NCBI GenBank assembly: GCA_000708835.1
Contig: DF237381.1
Span: 14,945 to 78,944 of the forward strand
Origin: Klebsormidium nitens
Taxonomy: Eukaryota; Plantae; Klebsormidiophyceae
DNA length: 64,000 bases
Direction of reading: 5' to 3'
The stretch's first letter is position 1. The number at the start of each line of letters is the position of its first letter. Shown here piece after piece: positions 36,801-51,800 of the stretch. Below the pieces are notes generated by a model. That model ran no database searches. It saw only the letters and a list, made by a program, of their open reading frames with translations, and was not told where the DNA came from. The position numbers and the translations under genes were made by a program.

Positions 36801-39800
36801 CAAGAACATTAAGCGCGCCCGGCTAAGTGATGCCTATCGCTTCGAGTTTATTAGCGCAGCAAACAACGGAGTCTGGGTAGGGGCTTCTTACAGACGGAAA
36901 GACGCGTCCCGACCAATGTCTTCTTCTCTCTAGGTGCTCAATTACCCTGCAATCCTAGGAGATGCAGAAATGGACCGACAAACCAACACGTACAAAGCCA
37001 AGATTAAAATCAATACTAAAAATGCAGCTCAACGGACTGAATAGTGTAAATATTTAGGTGCTCAATGACCCTGCGATCCTGGAGGATGCAGAGGTAGACC
37101 GACTTGTGGCCCCGGTTCTGTGCTTTCCCATACCCGAAGCCGAAGTCAAACACTTATCTGGGATTTACGCGGCAATTGACGGACCATCATTGTGTCTTTT
37201 TCCAGGTGCTCAACTACTCTGCAGTCCTAGAAGACGCAGAGGTGGACCGACTTGTGGACCCAGTTCTGTCGTTCATAATCCAAGCCAGAACAAGCGCTTT
37301 TCTACTAGTGCAGCAAGCAACGGACTGACCAGTACATCCTCTCTCCAGGTGCTCAACTATCCTGCGATCCTAGAAGACGCAGAGGTGGACCGACTTGTGG
37401 CCCCCGTTCTGTCGTTCATGGACCAAGTACACGCTATCTCGATCGGGGAGTACCGACCGGCGGGCATCTACTCGCTGCTGTTCCATAACAGCCCCGAAGG
37501 GCGGGCAGTCGCGACGCGCCTCGCAAAGACGACTCCTCCGTTCAGGTAAGTCAGTGAGTGTGTGAGATTTGGAGGGACTTGTCAGTACTAACGATTGAAC
37601 GACTTTCAAGTATTGTAACCGGTCCTCAGACTGACCTGGTTCCTTTGGGGATGTCGAGTCAAAAAACCTTCTTTGCTGGAACTTCAAAAACCTCGGCCCA
37701 AGGTGCTCGACTGGGAGGTAAACATAAATGGCCGAACCTGCATACGCCAGAGTCCCGTCTTCCGACTCTTTTGCAAGTTATATACAGCTTCTATCGTCCC
37801 ACAGACGTCCCTTTTCCGTTCTTGCAAGGACGGCCAAATGTAGGAAAGGGCTCCGAAAACCAGTTCAAGTGAGGAGGGACCCCCAATCTTCCTCTGCGGG
37901 CGTGGCCAGGAAGTGGAGGCCGTCCGTCGGATCCTGCTTCGTGAACTTAATTGAGTTCCTGAAGGCGGCTCGAAAAAGGCCAACGGCAAATGAAATTTGT
38001 GTCAAGAAAGAAAACGTTGCTCGAACAGGGGCGATGATATTCTGCCTGCAGGGATGGCCAGGAACTGGAGATTGTCCAACCGATCCTGCACCGCAAGGTT
38101 GCACTCCTGCAACAGCTGGCGGGCTCGGCGGCCATCCACGTGGATGGCGGAGGACAGCTGCCAGAAGAGAAGCTGGCTATCTTTGGCGGTCGGCCCGCAC
38201 GCCCGACTCGAGTCCAGGAGCACCTCCCACTGTGGTTGGGACTTTCGACTTTGTAAGTGGACTCATTGGAGTTTATCAACTGGTTCTTTTGGGTCACAGT
38301 TTGCGTGTTTAGAAAAAAGCCGTCGACAGCAGAATCTAGGTGATATGTTTTTATGCTTATAAGCAGAAAGATAGCAGGATCTAGGATCTCTATTTTTAGC
38401 TTGTAACTAGAGAGATAACGCAACGAGTTAACTCTTCCTACAAGTCTTACACTGTCGGTCAAGTTTTGCATCATGACTGCGAGACAAGACGATTTCAAAG
38501 TCTGTCGTCGCATCCGAACATCTCAACCAGCAACCGGAGAAGCCGTTTTGATGACTGTAGTGAAGGACTGACCGTCCCGAATCTGCTTATAGATCATAAA
38601 GAGATTCAACAATCTCTATTTTGTTTGCAGCCTGGAGTTGCTCGAGCCAGCCGCGATGCTTGGAGGCCTGGTGGAGCGTCACCCTGACGTCGTCAGCACT
38701 GTCCTTAACCAGGCGAGCGAACCCGGAAACCCCGCCTTCAACGTCGCGCTCAAGTGCCTCAAGCTGCTCTTCCAGGGAGTTGGTAAGTGATAGTTTGCAC
38801 TCGTTCCATGTTGTTGTTATAGAAACAGCTTGTCGGGATCAAGTGCTTTGTCGATAAGCCTTTGTCAGGGGTGTTAGTAAGCTGAGCGACCGTACGTGCG
38901 GTAAGCAGATAGAGGAGTTGTCTGTGCTGAGCCAGGGCACTGGTAACACAAATGAAGAAGCGGGTTCCGATGGTCGTTAAGCAGACAGGCAAGCCCTTGT
39001 CTTTGAACGGGCCATCCATGACCAAGAGCTGTTGTATCGCCGCTTACTGGCAAGCAGACAGGGTGAGAAGTTGAGCACGTCTAGCTCTCATTCCGTCGAT
39101 GGATGAGCGCGCTGTCGAAGACCTTCCAGATTATTCTAACAGCAACCGAGCAGCCTATGTTATGAGGTCTCTCTTGCGCTGACTCTCCTACTATTCCTAA
39201 AAGAAGCTGCTGCTGAGAAAGTACCTTTGCTGTCGTGGGCAGGTTACCGACTGTGGTGGGACACCGACTTTACCCCAAAGGTTGTGCGTTCCACCCTCGT
39301 GAGCCACTGCAACACCAGCCGCAAGGAGAACCTGCACCTCACTATCTTCCAGCTCTTCGAGCCGTTCCTGCAGGTTAGGGAAGCGACACTCTGGTAACCC
39401 ACTTGCAATCATCTGGAGCTCTTTCCGAACGGTTCTCCACTTGTTTGCGAAATCAGTCGTTCGACTGGATGCGGAAATGCAAAATACCGTTTGACGCATG
39501 ATGGTGCGCTGGGTGGCTTGAATGGTAAAGTGGCGCTGATGCAGGTCTTTCGTTGGTGACAGCTGTGCTCGAATCGGGATTTGAGATTGACAGAGAAGGT
39601 TGCGTCACCTTCCTGCCTTAAAAAGGCATTCCTTTGTGTTCCTTCGTCTCTTTTGTCTTCTTGTGGCGTGCTGGCAATCTACCTCTTTCGTTCGTGTTTG
39701 CGAACAATGGCAGATAGCGGAGGCGATTGAACATCGGACGCTGTAAAATTCAGACGCTTTGAACAGTTTGCGGTTGTTTGCAGTCCTTGGAAGTGGATCG

Positions 39801-42800
39801 GAACACGAGCGACGAGTTCTACGACGAGCGGGAAACGCTGCTGAAGTTTCTGACGAAGCAGGTCGCCAACAGCGCTAGTTTCTCGGGCGTGGTGAAGAGC
39901 AAGGGGCTTGAGGTAAGATGGGCCTTGCCTCTCTCCGAGCCACATCCGCTCTTTCCACATAAAGTCAAGGAGATGAAGGAGACCGCCACTGGATATGGGT
40001 GGCTGTGATGTGTTCGCTTGCATTGTTACGATTTCTTTCAGCGAAAGTTCAACTGCTCTTGGTGTTTGAATGCATCAGCACGTTGTCCCCGGTAAGTCGC
40101 AAGAATGGCACTCAGCTTGACATTTGAAAGAAGGTCCACTTCCGTAGTGTATGTGCTCCTTGAAGAGTCGTCTTTCAACTCCTGCCTTCATCAAGCGTGC
40201 CTGATCGACAGTATCGTTAGTCTTCAAGCTGCCTGTTGCTGCAGTTAGAAACCTGGTCATCCAGGCCTTCGACCATTGTCGAAGTATACTCAGACTGGAG
40301 AAGATGACGTTTTAAGTACATCATCATCAGACCATCTTGTATGTTCCCCGCAGGTCGCGTTCCGCATCATCCAGAGAGGCTACACGCTTGTCCCCCCTAT
40401 GCCACCAAGCGACCTCACTCCCTTCTGGGCCCCCCCTTTGGTCGCCTCGCTCAACAACCCCGCCACACAAGAAACCCTCCGGACACAGGCTGTCGAGCTC
40501 ATGTCTACCATCGTCGTTTTCGACTCGTCCGCACTCTGCTCGGCCGTTTTCCCACCAGCGCCCGGTTTCTCCGGGGCTTCCGACTTAGTCGCTTACCTTC
40601 CCGGCTCAAACGCTACCCTAGGCCCGCAGCCCAGCTCCGGCCAGGAACCTCTAGAGGTTCTCGAGGGCCAGCCCGCGGAATCCGGCTGGGGTGCGGAGTG
40701 GGCCACTCTAGAAACCGCGGCCGGCAGCTACGCCAAAGAGCACTTCCACCCTCCCGCGCTCTGGCAGGCCCTGTTTCTGGCTGCGCCGCCGGTTAACTTT
40801 CCGGGTTTGCTAACCAAGGCCGTTCTCTGGGCTGCCACAAGACTGGCGCTCCTGGAGGAGGCGGTTGGGTTGAACCCTGACCAGACTGCAGCGGATGGCG
40901 CCAAAGACTGGCCCTTCGTCGTGGTTGAGAACGATGGGAAGAAGGTGTCGAACGTCGTGGAAGCTTCTAGGGAAGGTCGGAAAGACCTGGTGGTGTTGTA
41001 CAGAAGGTGAGGACTGAAGTTTTTTAAGCTCGCCTTTCAGAGATGCAGATTGTGCCTGCTAGCCTCTCATAATTCTCTACCTGCTCTCTTCTTCTTCTTG
41101 TATCTTTCCATATACCTTTTCTGTTCTCATTCTCGCTTTTTGTCCGTTGGAGGCTGTCCCGCTTTGCCCGTTCTGTAGTGTTCGTGTTCCATTTGTACCA
41201 TGTCCGTTTGAAACATGCTATCATTTCGAAACGGTCAGGATACACACTTACGTGATGAGCGTGACTAATTCTCGTCAAATCCATGAAAGCGGACTTGAAA
41301 GGAAGGACTTTCGAGTTACCCTGCGGTTGTAAGGCATCTCGTGGCACAGCAGCCTTTTCAGCACGATAGGAGAGGATCTCAGTTGAACAATCGCCGTCCA
41401 ACACTTACTCCGTAATAACCTTGAGCAGTTTTGGGTGCTTCAAAGTCAAGCTCAGTGTCGCAATTTCTTTTCTCTGATGTTGTTGGTCAGGGGGAGTATC
41501 GATTTACTCTCCTTTCAAATCCTGAAAAACTTTCAACCATACAGTCAGCACATTCAATGTTAGACAGGAGACTCTATCATGCGCGCAGGTGTACGGCGGC
41601 ATATCTGGACCACCTCCGACAGCGATCTGTGGATGGTGACGTGGCGGTTTTGCAGGCCCTCGAGTGGGAGACCTGGATTGCCGAGAGTCTAATCATCCTT
41701 CTCCTTGATCCCACTGCAGTGAGTTTGACTTCGCTTTCTTCTTCTACAACCTTAGCGCAGCGCTGTCTCTGTGATGTCAGAAGTTTCAAGGGCTCCATTT
41801 GCTTGCTGGCTGCGAAAAGCACGTTGATGGGTGCTTTGATCTTTTCTACCCCTTGTAAAACTGCACGGATCAGCCTCTCGCTTAAGGCAGAAGTTCAAAG
41901 CACGTCTTTAATATGCTCAAACGTATGACATTCTTTTCGGCAACTTCGTACGTTGATGGAACGGCGTAGATCGTGTAGATCATCTGGCTGCAAGACTCTA
42001 CCACCTGGCTCCCGCTGTAAACGGATGGACTGCGCTAACTGCCGGAACGAACTTGGATGCGTGCAGCTCATCCGGAATGCGGACCGGGAAGTTTTGAAGT
42101 ACTTCACAGCGGACGCAACTTTGGACGGGGGCCTGCGGACCCTGTGTGCGGACGCCCCTGCCGCACGCGCCGTCAGCGAGGGGATCTTCAAGGCGTCAGA
42201 AAAGGTGAGCTGCCCACAACCGACTCGAATGAAGGGTTTACTGCAGGGCCAGATAGGGACTTTCCTATTTCGAGTGGGTTCGCTAGCCTTGGTACTTGCG
42301 TTGGCCCCAGTATGCCCCCAGTATGCGTTCAGAAGGATACCTGGCCCGTCCTCCGGTAAGCCGATGGGTCGGACGTTCCTTCACCTTGTTAGCGTTCGGT
42401 TTGCAAGCAATTCGACTCTTGAAGCATAGCGTCCGGATTCCGCTTCGTCAAACCCAGCTGCTTTTGGGCGGCTCCTCACAAAAGCCGTTCAGGGAGAGTA
42501 TCAAGAAACTAGAGGGCGGACTTTTGATCTCCTCCCTTGAAGCGGTGCCTGTTCGCGACCTTCGTTTCTGATAAGCTGCGAATGGCCAGATTCCACTAGA
42601 ATCGCCTTGCTTGAAGCTCTCTCAGCGCTCCTACGTTTCTGTGCAGCTCCTACACATGGGCTTCCCCAAATGCTCGCGGGGCTCCCAACTCCTGTGCTTC
42701 TACGCCTCGAAGCTGCTGCGAATCAACTCCTCCAACGAGCAAGACGCTGCCGAAGGCTCCACGGAACACGTGACGCTTTGGGCGATTGCGTGTGCGCGAA

Positions 42801-45800
42801 TCGCAGAGGGCCTATGGCCGCTGCTCCTGCGGGTCCTTGAAGGAAGTCGACCCGCAGCTGAAAGCTTTGAGGTGCGTGATCCGCTTGTTGACACATCAAT
42901 CCGACTACGTCCGCAGGTCAAGGCACGGTTTAGGACACGGGTCCGCACCGAAAAACGTCTCCTTTTAGCCTCGCTTGTGTCTTACTCCAATCAGCGAGTA
43001 CTATTGTCTGACGACTGCTTTTGAATTCGTGTCAACTCATTACAATCGGGGTCTTGAATCAGCCTCAGTAGTCTCTTGAAGTTCTCAGTTTGTGGTCGAT
43101 TCGTAGATTGTCGTCAAGTCAGTCCTTCCTCTTTGCCAGATTGCTTGATGAACCTGTGCAGTGACTATCTTAAACTGTTCGTTCTTCAGAATATTGTGAA
43201 AGCAGTTAGTCTTAGTTGAGGTGGTACATCTCTCAAGGAAGTCTTGATTCTCCAATAACGCCTTGCATCCCAGCCACGAAGCCATGACTTCTGGAAACAC
43301 TTTTCAAAGATGACTTCTTCACATCCGACTAGTTGACTGCTTTAACCACCAGCCTATAATAGTCTTGTTGTCAACGCTCATTAACATTTCCATCCGATCG
43401 CTCAAATAAGAACCATAGAAGGGCACGCCTTTCCCTTATCCAAAAGCGGCTTCGCTTCTGAACCCCCGACCCGTCTCCACACCAAACAGCCGGGCCCCAC
43501 CGCCCAGGGCTTGCTCCCGGTTGCCGACTACCTCATTAGCGCGTCCCTTTTCCAGAGGCTGATAGTCCACGTGTTCGAGGCCTTCGTGGCCACGTGGCCG
43601 TTCATCCGCCACCGGGCACTTCCCGGGGCGGCGCTCGGGCGCCCCAGCGTCCGCGGTGACGTCAGCACACCGGGCGCCGCTGACGTCAGCAGCCCGGTCA
43701 GGGCCAGGGGTGACGTCAGCAGGGCGCCCGGTTTCGGGTCCCCGGCCAGGACGCCCTCGGTGTTTGACCTGGTCGAGGGCGGCCGGTTGAAGCCCCCGGG
43801 GCATCAGGGCGACGAGTGGCTGGTGGATTTTGTGAAGTGGGGGGACGTGACCCGGCCCGCGGTGCGGCGGCGATGGATGGAGTGCATTGAACTGGTGGGG
43901 TGTGAGATGGTGGACGCGGGAGCAAGGCTGCCGGCGGCGGCGAGGGGCGTCGTTCGAGATCTTCTTGCGCCGAGTGAGTGTCAGGTTGCAAACAGTGTTG
44001 AGAGAAATGTCAAGCACAGCCTCTTCACTCGCTTCGCTTTGTAGCTTTTCCGTCTTTCTTTCACACTGTTCGTAGAAAGCGTTGATCCAAGATGGCAGCT
44101 CTGTGTGCTTTCAGAACGCGCAAACCTTGCAAAGCGGGGGAGCTGTATCTTTCGAAGAAGAGAATTGTGTCTTCTGTAGGCCTATTGATATATTGATTCT
44201 GTTGCTCATATGGCACTCCGCGTTCGAATAGGAGTTGTTGACGGTTGGAGCGGTTTCTTGCGTCGAATCAGAACATGCCGCTAGCAGAATCTCAACAGCT
44301 GGTGCTCAAACTGCAAAAGCACATCTGTTTTGAGCGCCCCATACCCCGCGCATCCCCTGCTCCGTCATCTTTGCTGAGTGTTCGCCTTCGAGAGAAATAT
44401 TTAGCAATCCAAGTTCATAAGTCCGAATCTCTAAAATTTCAAAGTCGGAAACCCGAAATTCTGACCCTCTCGCCGTCTTTCCGCGCAGCTTCGAGCCTCT
44501 CCGACGAGCAACGCCTGGTCCTTTCCCAGTTCTTCCCCCACGAAGCCCCGGGCAACCTCGGCCAAAGCGCTCTCGACTCGTTACCCTCCCGCCCCGCCCA
44601 CGCATCGCCCCCCAAACCGGCCTTCCCGTTACGCCAACCCTCGTTCGAAACCCCACCCCGCAGCAAAGCCCCCACCGCATCCCAGTCGCGGCTCACGACC
44701 AGTTTCCTCGAGGGGGGCTCGCCGCCAGCTCCAGCAGGGTTCTTCCAGCCCCCCCCCACGGCGGTGCCGCCAAAATCCCCCGCTATCGTCATCGATCTGG
44801 AGGAGGACGATCAGCCGCTCAGCCTCCGGAGAAAGGAAGCCCCGCGGGCTGGGAATTCGCGACGGCCGATCGACCTCGAAACCGAGTCGGATTCGAAATC
44901 GAAAAGTAGATCAGATACAAAAACTTTCGTGCGGACGCCCGCTCAGACGCAGTCGGCGGAGGCGTCAACGAGCGGTCGCGAAAGCGCGGATAAAGAGGCG
45001 TCGAAGATGGCCGCGTCTTTGGCCGCGTTTGCAAACCGGGCTTCTAGTAGACCCTCCCCTTGGAGCCGCAACTCCGACACCCCGGGGGGGTCGAGGAGTG
45101 CTGCGACGCCAACTAACCGGACCCCACCGGCGCCGAACCGAACGTCGCCAATGTACAGTAAGCGCGCGCCGCCTAGGTACCCCCAGCAGGTTAAGATAGA
45201 CAGCATGTTGAGTCGGCAGCGGGAGGAGGAAGAACTAGAGCGGGTGTGGGCCGCTGCCGATGGGCTCGGCGGGTTCGGTTCCGCCGGCCCCGGGAAACGG
45301 AAAACCGATAGCACGGAAGCGTCACGGAAGCGGGAGAGCGACAGTAAACCTGCACCAGTAAAATCGCCAACCGTTCCAATGGTGCCGGGGGGGTCAGCTC
45401 CGCAGCCGGAAAGGCCTACGAACCGGGGGGGTGGAGACGAAGGCAGTTCTGTACATAGTAGGGGGGTCCCCGTGCCTGGCCCGAAAGTGCCACAATTGCG
45501 TCCGGCAGCCCCCCGGAAGACGATGAGGATCGAGTTGCCGGGGGAGGGGCAGACGGCGAGCGCCAGGGCGCGCATGCGCAGGTGAGGCAGATGAATATTA
45601 TGGGGTTGAAGATTGAGGCAGATAAAGCTTCAAGGTTGGTGAGATTGAAGGCCAGATAACCTTGAAAAGCACCATCTCAATGCACCAATACATCATCTGC
45701 AGCCCTCCAAAAAAACGCTGGGTGTTGACAAAGGATGGGGCCAATTCTTATGTGAATGGTGGGCCGAAAGGGATGCAGAGGTTGTAGAAAAGACTTGGCC

Positions 45801-48800
45801 AGTGTTTGAGGTTGGAGAAAGCGTGTCCAAGTCCTTTGACGGATAACAGTAGCTCTTTTAGAGGGCTCGACATTGTAACGGCCACTGCTGTCTCCAAGTG
45901 ACCCTCTGCCTCACATATGGAATCAGACTGTTGACTCAACCGTTGTGAGGCAGAAGATTTGTGCCCGATCTGACAAACATCCGTCCCACTTCAGGTTTGG
46001 GAGCCACGCGCCCCCTGGCCCTCCGCCCAAGCCGGACGACTGGTACAAGAAGATCCTGGCAATGGACTTCTTCAGAGTTGTGGGTACGGAGGATGCAGAC
46101 GAAGGGCTGGCCAGGCCCCCCAACGAAGGGACTGACCGCCTGGTGCAGGTAAGCCTGCGCATATGTTCGCGTTCTCACAGCTTGCTTTTCAGAGTCGTTT
46201 AATCTATCACTTCTGGAATCGAGGCGCCGCTTAAGAGCAGCTACAAAAGGGAGTTGATCTTGAGCCTTTTTGAACGTCTGCGGTTGCAGGGTGGAGACCT
46301 TTTCCAGAGCAGGTAATGGCAACGCTTTTCCCGATTGATTGCGTGTCAGAATGCAGGCAGAGGAGAGGCATCTGGGTGCTTTCGCTGCAGGGCTGGCGTC
46401 TCAGCCTCTCTATTCCTCACCCTAATTCTCCTACGCTTTGCTTTCCTTACCCCAAATTGCCGCCCAATATGACCAGGTGATCAACGCCGAGTATCCTTTG
46501 CGCAGGTGCCCGACAGATTCGAGTCCGCTTCGCAGTACGCCCAGGTGTTCCGCCCGCTGCTCATGGAGGAGTTCAAAGCGCAGCTGCAGAGAGTGCACGA
46601 CGAGTCGGGGTCGAGCTCTAACTCGGAGGTGAGGTTCTTTTCCCAGGAAACTTGATTGTCTTCTTGTGGACCTGCTTTTTTATTGGAAGAGCCCGCCGAG
46701 ACGCAGAGCGAAAGAGAACTTCCAAGGATCTTAGCATTGCTCTCATGCCTTCTTCAAGCCGGGGCAGTCGTGAATCTGCTTTTGAAGTCGGAAGGTGAGG
46801 ATTTGCATGCAAGCACTAGAGGTGGGAGGCTTCGAAAGGAGCAGGGCTTCACAAGCTGGAAACCATTGAGAAATCCCTTCCTTACAAGCTGACTTCAATA
46901 TCGAAAGAGTAGAACCATAGGTGGCTTCGAGCAGACTGTGACAGTCATTCTGGCCCTTCAAGGTTGTATCCGTGTCCGAATTTTCGATCGAAACCCAACG
47001 ATTTGTGCTGGGTCAGCCAGTTTCTGCACCTCTGACGCACTCGCTTGATGCTTGACTTAACGATCTTCAAACAGAGACTTCCGTGCACACTCCTAGTATA
47101 CTCCCTTGCAGATCCAAACCCCGATTGGTTCTGTTCTCTGCAGATGCTGGAGGTTGGGCACTTCAAGCTGCTGAGCCTCGCCCGGCGCGACGACTTTTGG
47201 GACGCTAACTTTGTCGCGGGAGAGGACGCGGAGCGGAACGTGCGGGAGTGCAGCGAGCTGGACCTGCTGCTGCTGACGAAGCACGCGCCCTCCAAGGGGG
47301 ATCCCTCTAGGATCCACGTCTTAGCAAAGGTAATAATGCTCTCTAAGTCGAGTGAGATGAGAGAACCCTATGATGGCAATTTGAAATACGGTCACAAGTC
47401 TCGTCAAAAAGCTGACATTAGCAATAAGAATAAAAAGCGTTGCCGTATTTTCATTTTGAGGGCCGTGTCACTTCCAACCGGCAATGAGATGGTCATTCGC
47501 CCGACAGTCATCACCACCTTGAAAATCCAGCCGGTATTTCGGCTTCGGCTAAACTTTTTACAAACTTGACATCCATGGAGTAGGCTGTTCAAAGATTGCT
47601 GTAAAAACCTGTTCATAAACGTGTAGCTCTGAACATACCAGCAGGCGCAATCAGCACGACATCAAAGGCCAGCCTCGACACTGAACTATTATCGTATTGA
47701 AGGTAAAAATGTGAACGGGCTTGGATATCACCTTGAATATCGAAAGCATTGCATCACAGAGAATTTCAACCCTTTCGAATCTGAGAGGCGCGACCAGAAC
47801 GGCAGCAAGGGCCAGCGGTGGCAGTAAACCGTTTTCTGTACCTGGATCTTTAAAATGGCTTTACGTACCCTCCTGTTAACCCCTCTACGTTCCGCAGGTC
47901 GACAGGCGCGACCAGCGCGATAGTAAGGGCCAGCGACGGCAGTGCACGGTTCTGGTGCTGAAGCTGTTTCTGCCCATCAACGAGCCCCGCCTGCTGAAGG
48001 TGAAGCAGCTGCTGACGGACGGCTCCAAGTGGCACGCCACCAAGCTCTTCAGCATGGTGCCGCAAATGCGCGAGTTCCAGGTGAGGAGTGGTTTTTGTCT
48101 CTGAAATTACGCTTGCTGACGTCACATACGTCAATGAAAGATCAAGTGGCACGCCACCAAGCTCTTCAGCATGGTGCCGCAGATGCGCGAATTCCAGGTG
48201 AGGGGAATGGTTTTGTCTTTTTCTTTGTCTTTGTCACCCACGCTTTCTGACGGCATTTGTGACGTCACGTACATTCATGAGAATTCAGGTGGTCAAACTT
48301 TGGGCATGTTCAGCATGCTGCCGCGGATGCGCGAGATCAAGGTGAGGGGGATAATTCTGTCTTTCAAGACCCATTCTTGCTTACGTCACGTACGTTCATG
48401 AGAGTTCAGGTGGTCAAAGCGTCAGCATATCGAGCACGGTGCCGCTGATGCGCGAGGTCCAGGTCAGGATTGGGCTAGCTGAGCGGCCTTTGTAGGATCT
48501 TACTTGATTTTGCACCCGCTGAAGTATTTTCAGAGGCAATGCGGGGTTTGAAGGCAGAGTGTACTGGCGAATCTGACCGACCCCTGGCCGACACGACATT
48601 TAAGTAGCAAGCCAATAGGTGAAAAGGAACTCCTGTCACTAACTATTCCAAGGCCCAGATTGTTGGCAGGAGTTCGGGAAGCCATGTTTGCGCTTGCACG
48701 AACGCTCTGATCATGAGAAAGTGGCCGGACTCAGGAACGCTTCGCTGATTAATTGGCCCCTTTGCCATCACCTGAAAGCTTCCAACTTCTTGCAAGCCCC

Positions 48801-51800
48801 TGCTTTCCCTGCGGGTTGCAACTGATTAGTCTGCTGGCAACCCTTTGTGGTGAACTGTGCTGTGCCTCAACCTGTATCTCGGTGAATGCTTACTGGCAAC
48901 TTGTCTCCCCCCCTGCAGGCCATGTCTGCCTTCCACACACTCCCCATGGTGTCAACCCTCCTCAACCCTTCCTCAGCAAAGCCCCGTTCCAACTCCTCGA
49001 ACCCTTCCGCCATTAGAAAGCTCCCCGAACCCCTCCAGAAACATCTCCTGAGCCGCTACAACGAGTCCCAGCAGGCTGCAATTGCCTCCGCTACCGATTC
49101 AGGGGGGTCGCACAACCAGCGCCTCACTCTCATCCAGGGCCCCCCCGGAACGGGGAAGACGAGCACGATCATGGGCATTCTCAGTGCGTTGTTGAGCGGG
49201 CCGGGAGGAAATGTGACAAGAGCCGAGCGTGTTCCGGGAGGGTTAGGGGCTAACCGGCCGGTTAAGGCTCCGGTTAAGCTCAGCGAACGGGAGGAGTCGG
49301 CGATCCTGACCGCGCAAGCGCAGAGGGCGTGGCAGCAGGCTGAGGAGGCGAAAGAACTGATGGCCAAGGGAGAGGAAAATGGAAACGGACTTGCCGGGGG
49401 GGTGCAATTGGGTGGGGAAGGAGCCCCCCGGATCTTGCTCTGTGCGCAGTCGAACGCGGCGGTGGATGAGCTGGTTGCACGGCTGCTGAAAAGGTGAGAT
49501 GGACAGCTGATTGATAGGTACGTCGAAAAAGCCTTTGAGGGTCGCATGATAGAGTTTTCAACCCGTGCACGGCTGTATATAGACAGACTGCGGTCCTCTG
49601 CTTAATTCATAATCTGAAGGTTGGCAGCTTCTAGGGAAGAGCGGAAAAGTTGCACCATGGATTCCGGGAGCTGAGCTTAGCAGAAGGCGAGGTCAGGACC
49701 TTTCAACCACATTCTATCGATTGATAACATTCAACGGAACATGCCGATCAAGTCTACGAAGTAGATTTAAGTTCTGACTTTTTTGCATGAGAGGCTTACG
49801 TTCAGCGGTCTTTTAGTGACTGACTTTTAGCTAGCAGCTCAGCCGGCTCCACTCAATCTCATTAGAAACAAGTCGCAGCCCATCTACCCTCCTCTTCGTC
49901 CCCGTCAAAGAAGCCGATTACTTTTTTCGTACTTTGGTCGTAACAGTAAATACTTCTATTGCTTATGAGCTCGTGAATCTGCCTGAAGGAGAGGAGGAGA
50001 GCTTTGGAATTGCGGCATGGTGCGACAGCCCTTGGACAGTTTAAGGTAGATGATTCTGATAGCAACCTCTCCTTCGCAGCGGCGTATGGGGCGCAGACGG
50101 CCTTCCCGTCCGACCAAGCATCGTCCGCATCGGAAACGCCCGCACCATCCATCCCGACAGCCGGCCCGTTCACATCGACACACTCGTGGAAGCTGAGACC
50201 CGGTCTCCCTCACCGAGCGATGGTGTGAATAAGCCCGCCTCAGAAGACCAGAAACGGCAGCTGCGGAACTCGCTGGTGAAAATAAGCTCCGAGATGAGCG
50301 CCGCCCAGAAGAAGAGTGCGCCGTCGGGGGGGGGTGCGGACGGCCCTGCCGGGGAGGGGGAGGAAAAGTTGAAAAAGACGCTCGACGGGCTGTACCAGAA
50401 GCGGAAAGCGGTGCAGTCGGAGATCATTGCGCTCGAGGCCGCGGACCGGAAAACGCGCGAGCAGGAGCGCGCGAAACGGAGCGCCGTCCGGCGGAAGATC
50501 CTACGCGACGCGTCGATCGTGGTGACGACGCTGTCGGGGTGTTGGGGGGACGTATACTCGGCGTGTAAGGAGAGCAAGGGGAGCGAGGCTGGGGGCCTGT
50601 TCGACGCCGTAATTATCGACGAGGCGGCTCAGGCGCTGGAACCGGCAACACTGATACCGCTGCAGTTGTTGGTGCCCCGTGGGGGGCGGTGTATCATGAT
50701 TGGGGACCCTAAGCAGCTGCCAGCTACCGTGCTGAGGTAAGTTTCCACTTTGAAGACACTGATGAGCCCATAACACAATCAGCACCTTGGGATCACTGCC
50801 GCTACTTCCAAGTTCCATAAGAGTAGCTGCAGAATCTAACGACGAACGGTGTCCTTATTTGGGTCGCTCTTGCAAAACTGAACGGACACCAACCGCAGAT
50901 CATAAAGCATGGACTTCCAGACAAGCAGTCACTGTCACTTCTGAAGCAGCAGCGTTCAGCTTCAGCAGTGTATTATTCTGCTCTTTTCCATTATCTTCCT
51001 TTGTGGATCATCGCATGCTCCCCAAAATCATCAGGTTCTTCTTCACTGGTCTTTGACGGGAGATTTCTTTGGAAACGTCAGCTTCGAGAAACCTGGTTTC
51101 TTCATCTGCCGGGAGCAGCTGCCAGCTTCATTTGTCAGCGAGCCTGAGCAGTTGCCTCAGTGGCAGACGTGTCATCTATAAACACCTCGGAAAAAAACTT
51201 CCTTCACAAGTATCCTTTTTTCTTGCAGCCGCGCGGCAGCCAACTTCAATTACGAGCGGTCTCTCTTCGAGCGCCTGCAGCGGGGGGGCTTGCCGGTCAC
51301 TCTGCTCAGCGCCCAGTACCGGATGCACCCGGAGATCCGCCAGTTCCCGTCGGCCCACTTTTATGGGGGCCTTCTGACGGACGGAGAAGGCATCTCCCGG
51401 ACGTCCAGATTGGTCCCGTTCCACGAGCGTCCGGTGTTCGGTCCGTACGGTAAGTGAGAGTGCGACTATCTTCGTGATCGGTCCGTAAAAGAAGGTAAAT
51501 GAGGGTATATCAGTGTTGGGACTAGTAAGCTTCCGTGCAGACAGAAAAAGCATCTCCTGGGCGTCTGGAAAGGGTGCGGGTCACGAGCGTCCGGTATTTG
51601 GTCCTTAGGTAAGTGAAAGGGTTGCACTGTTTCGGTGTTCGGTAGATAAAGTGAAGAAGAGTGTATCTTTCTTGGTGTCCGGACCGTAGAGGCAATTGGG
51701 AATGACACTCCTCCTTTGTTTGGTCTGTGTGGTATGCGAGAATATTAGCAATGTCGGGGCTGATAAGCTCTTTGATTCCGCTAGAGTTGACTGCCTGTGG

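Noticed and set aside
43640-43740. Three TGACGTCA (CRE/as-1-like) sites as a regulatory cluster
   Set aside because: They lie inside a SEN1 coding exon as a short peptide repeat (GDVST/ADVSS/GDVSR).
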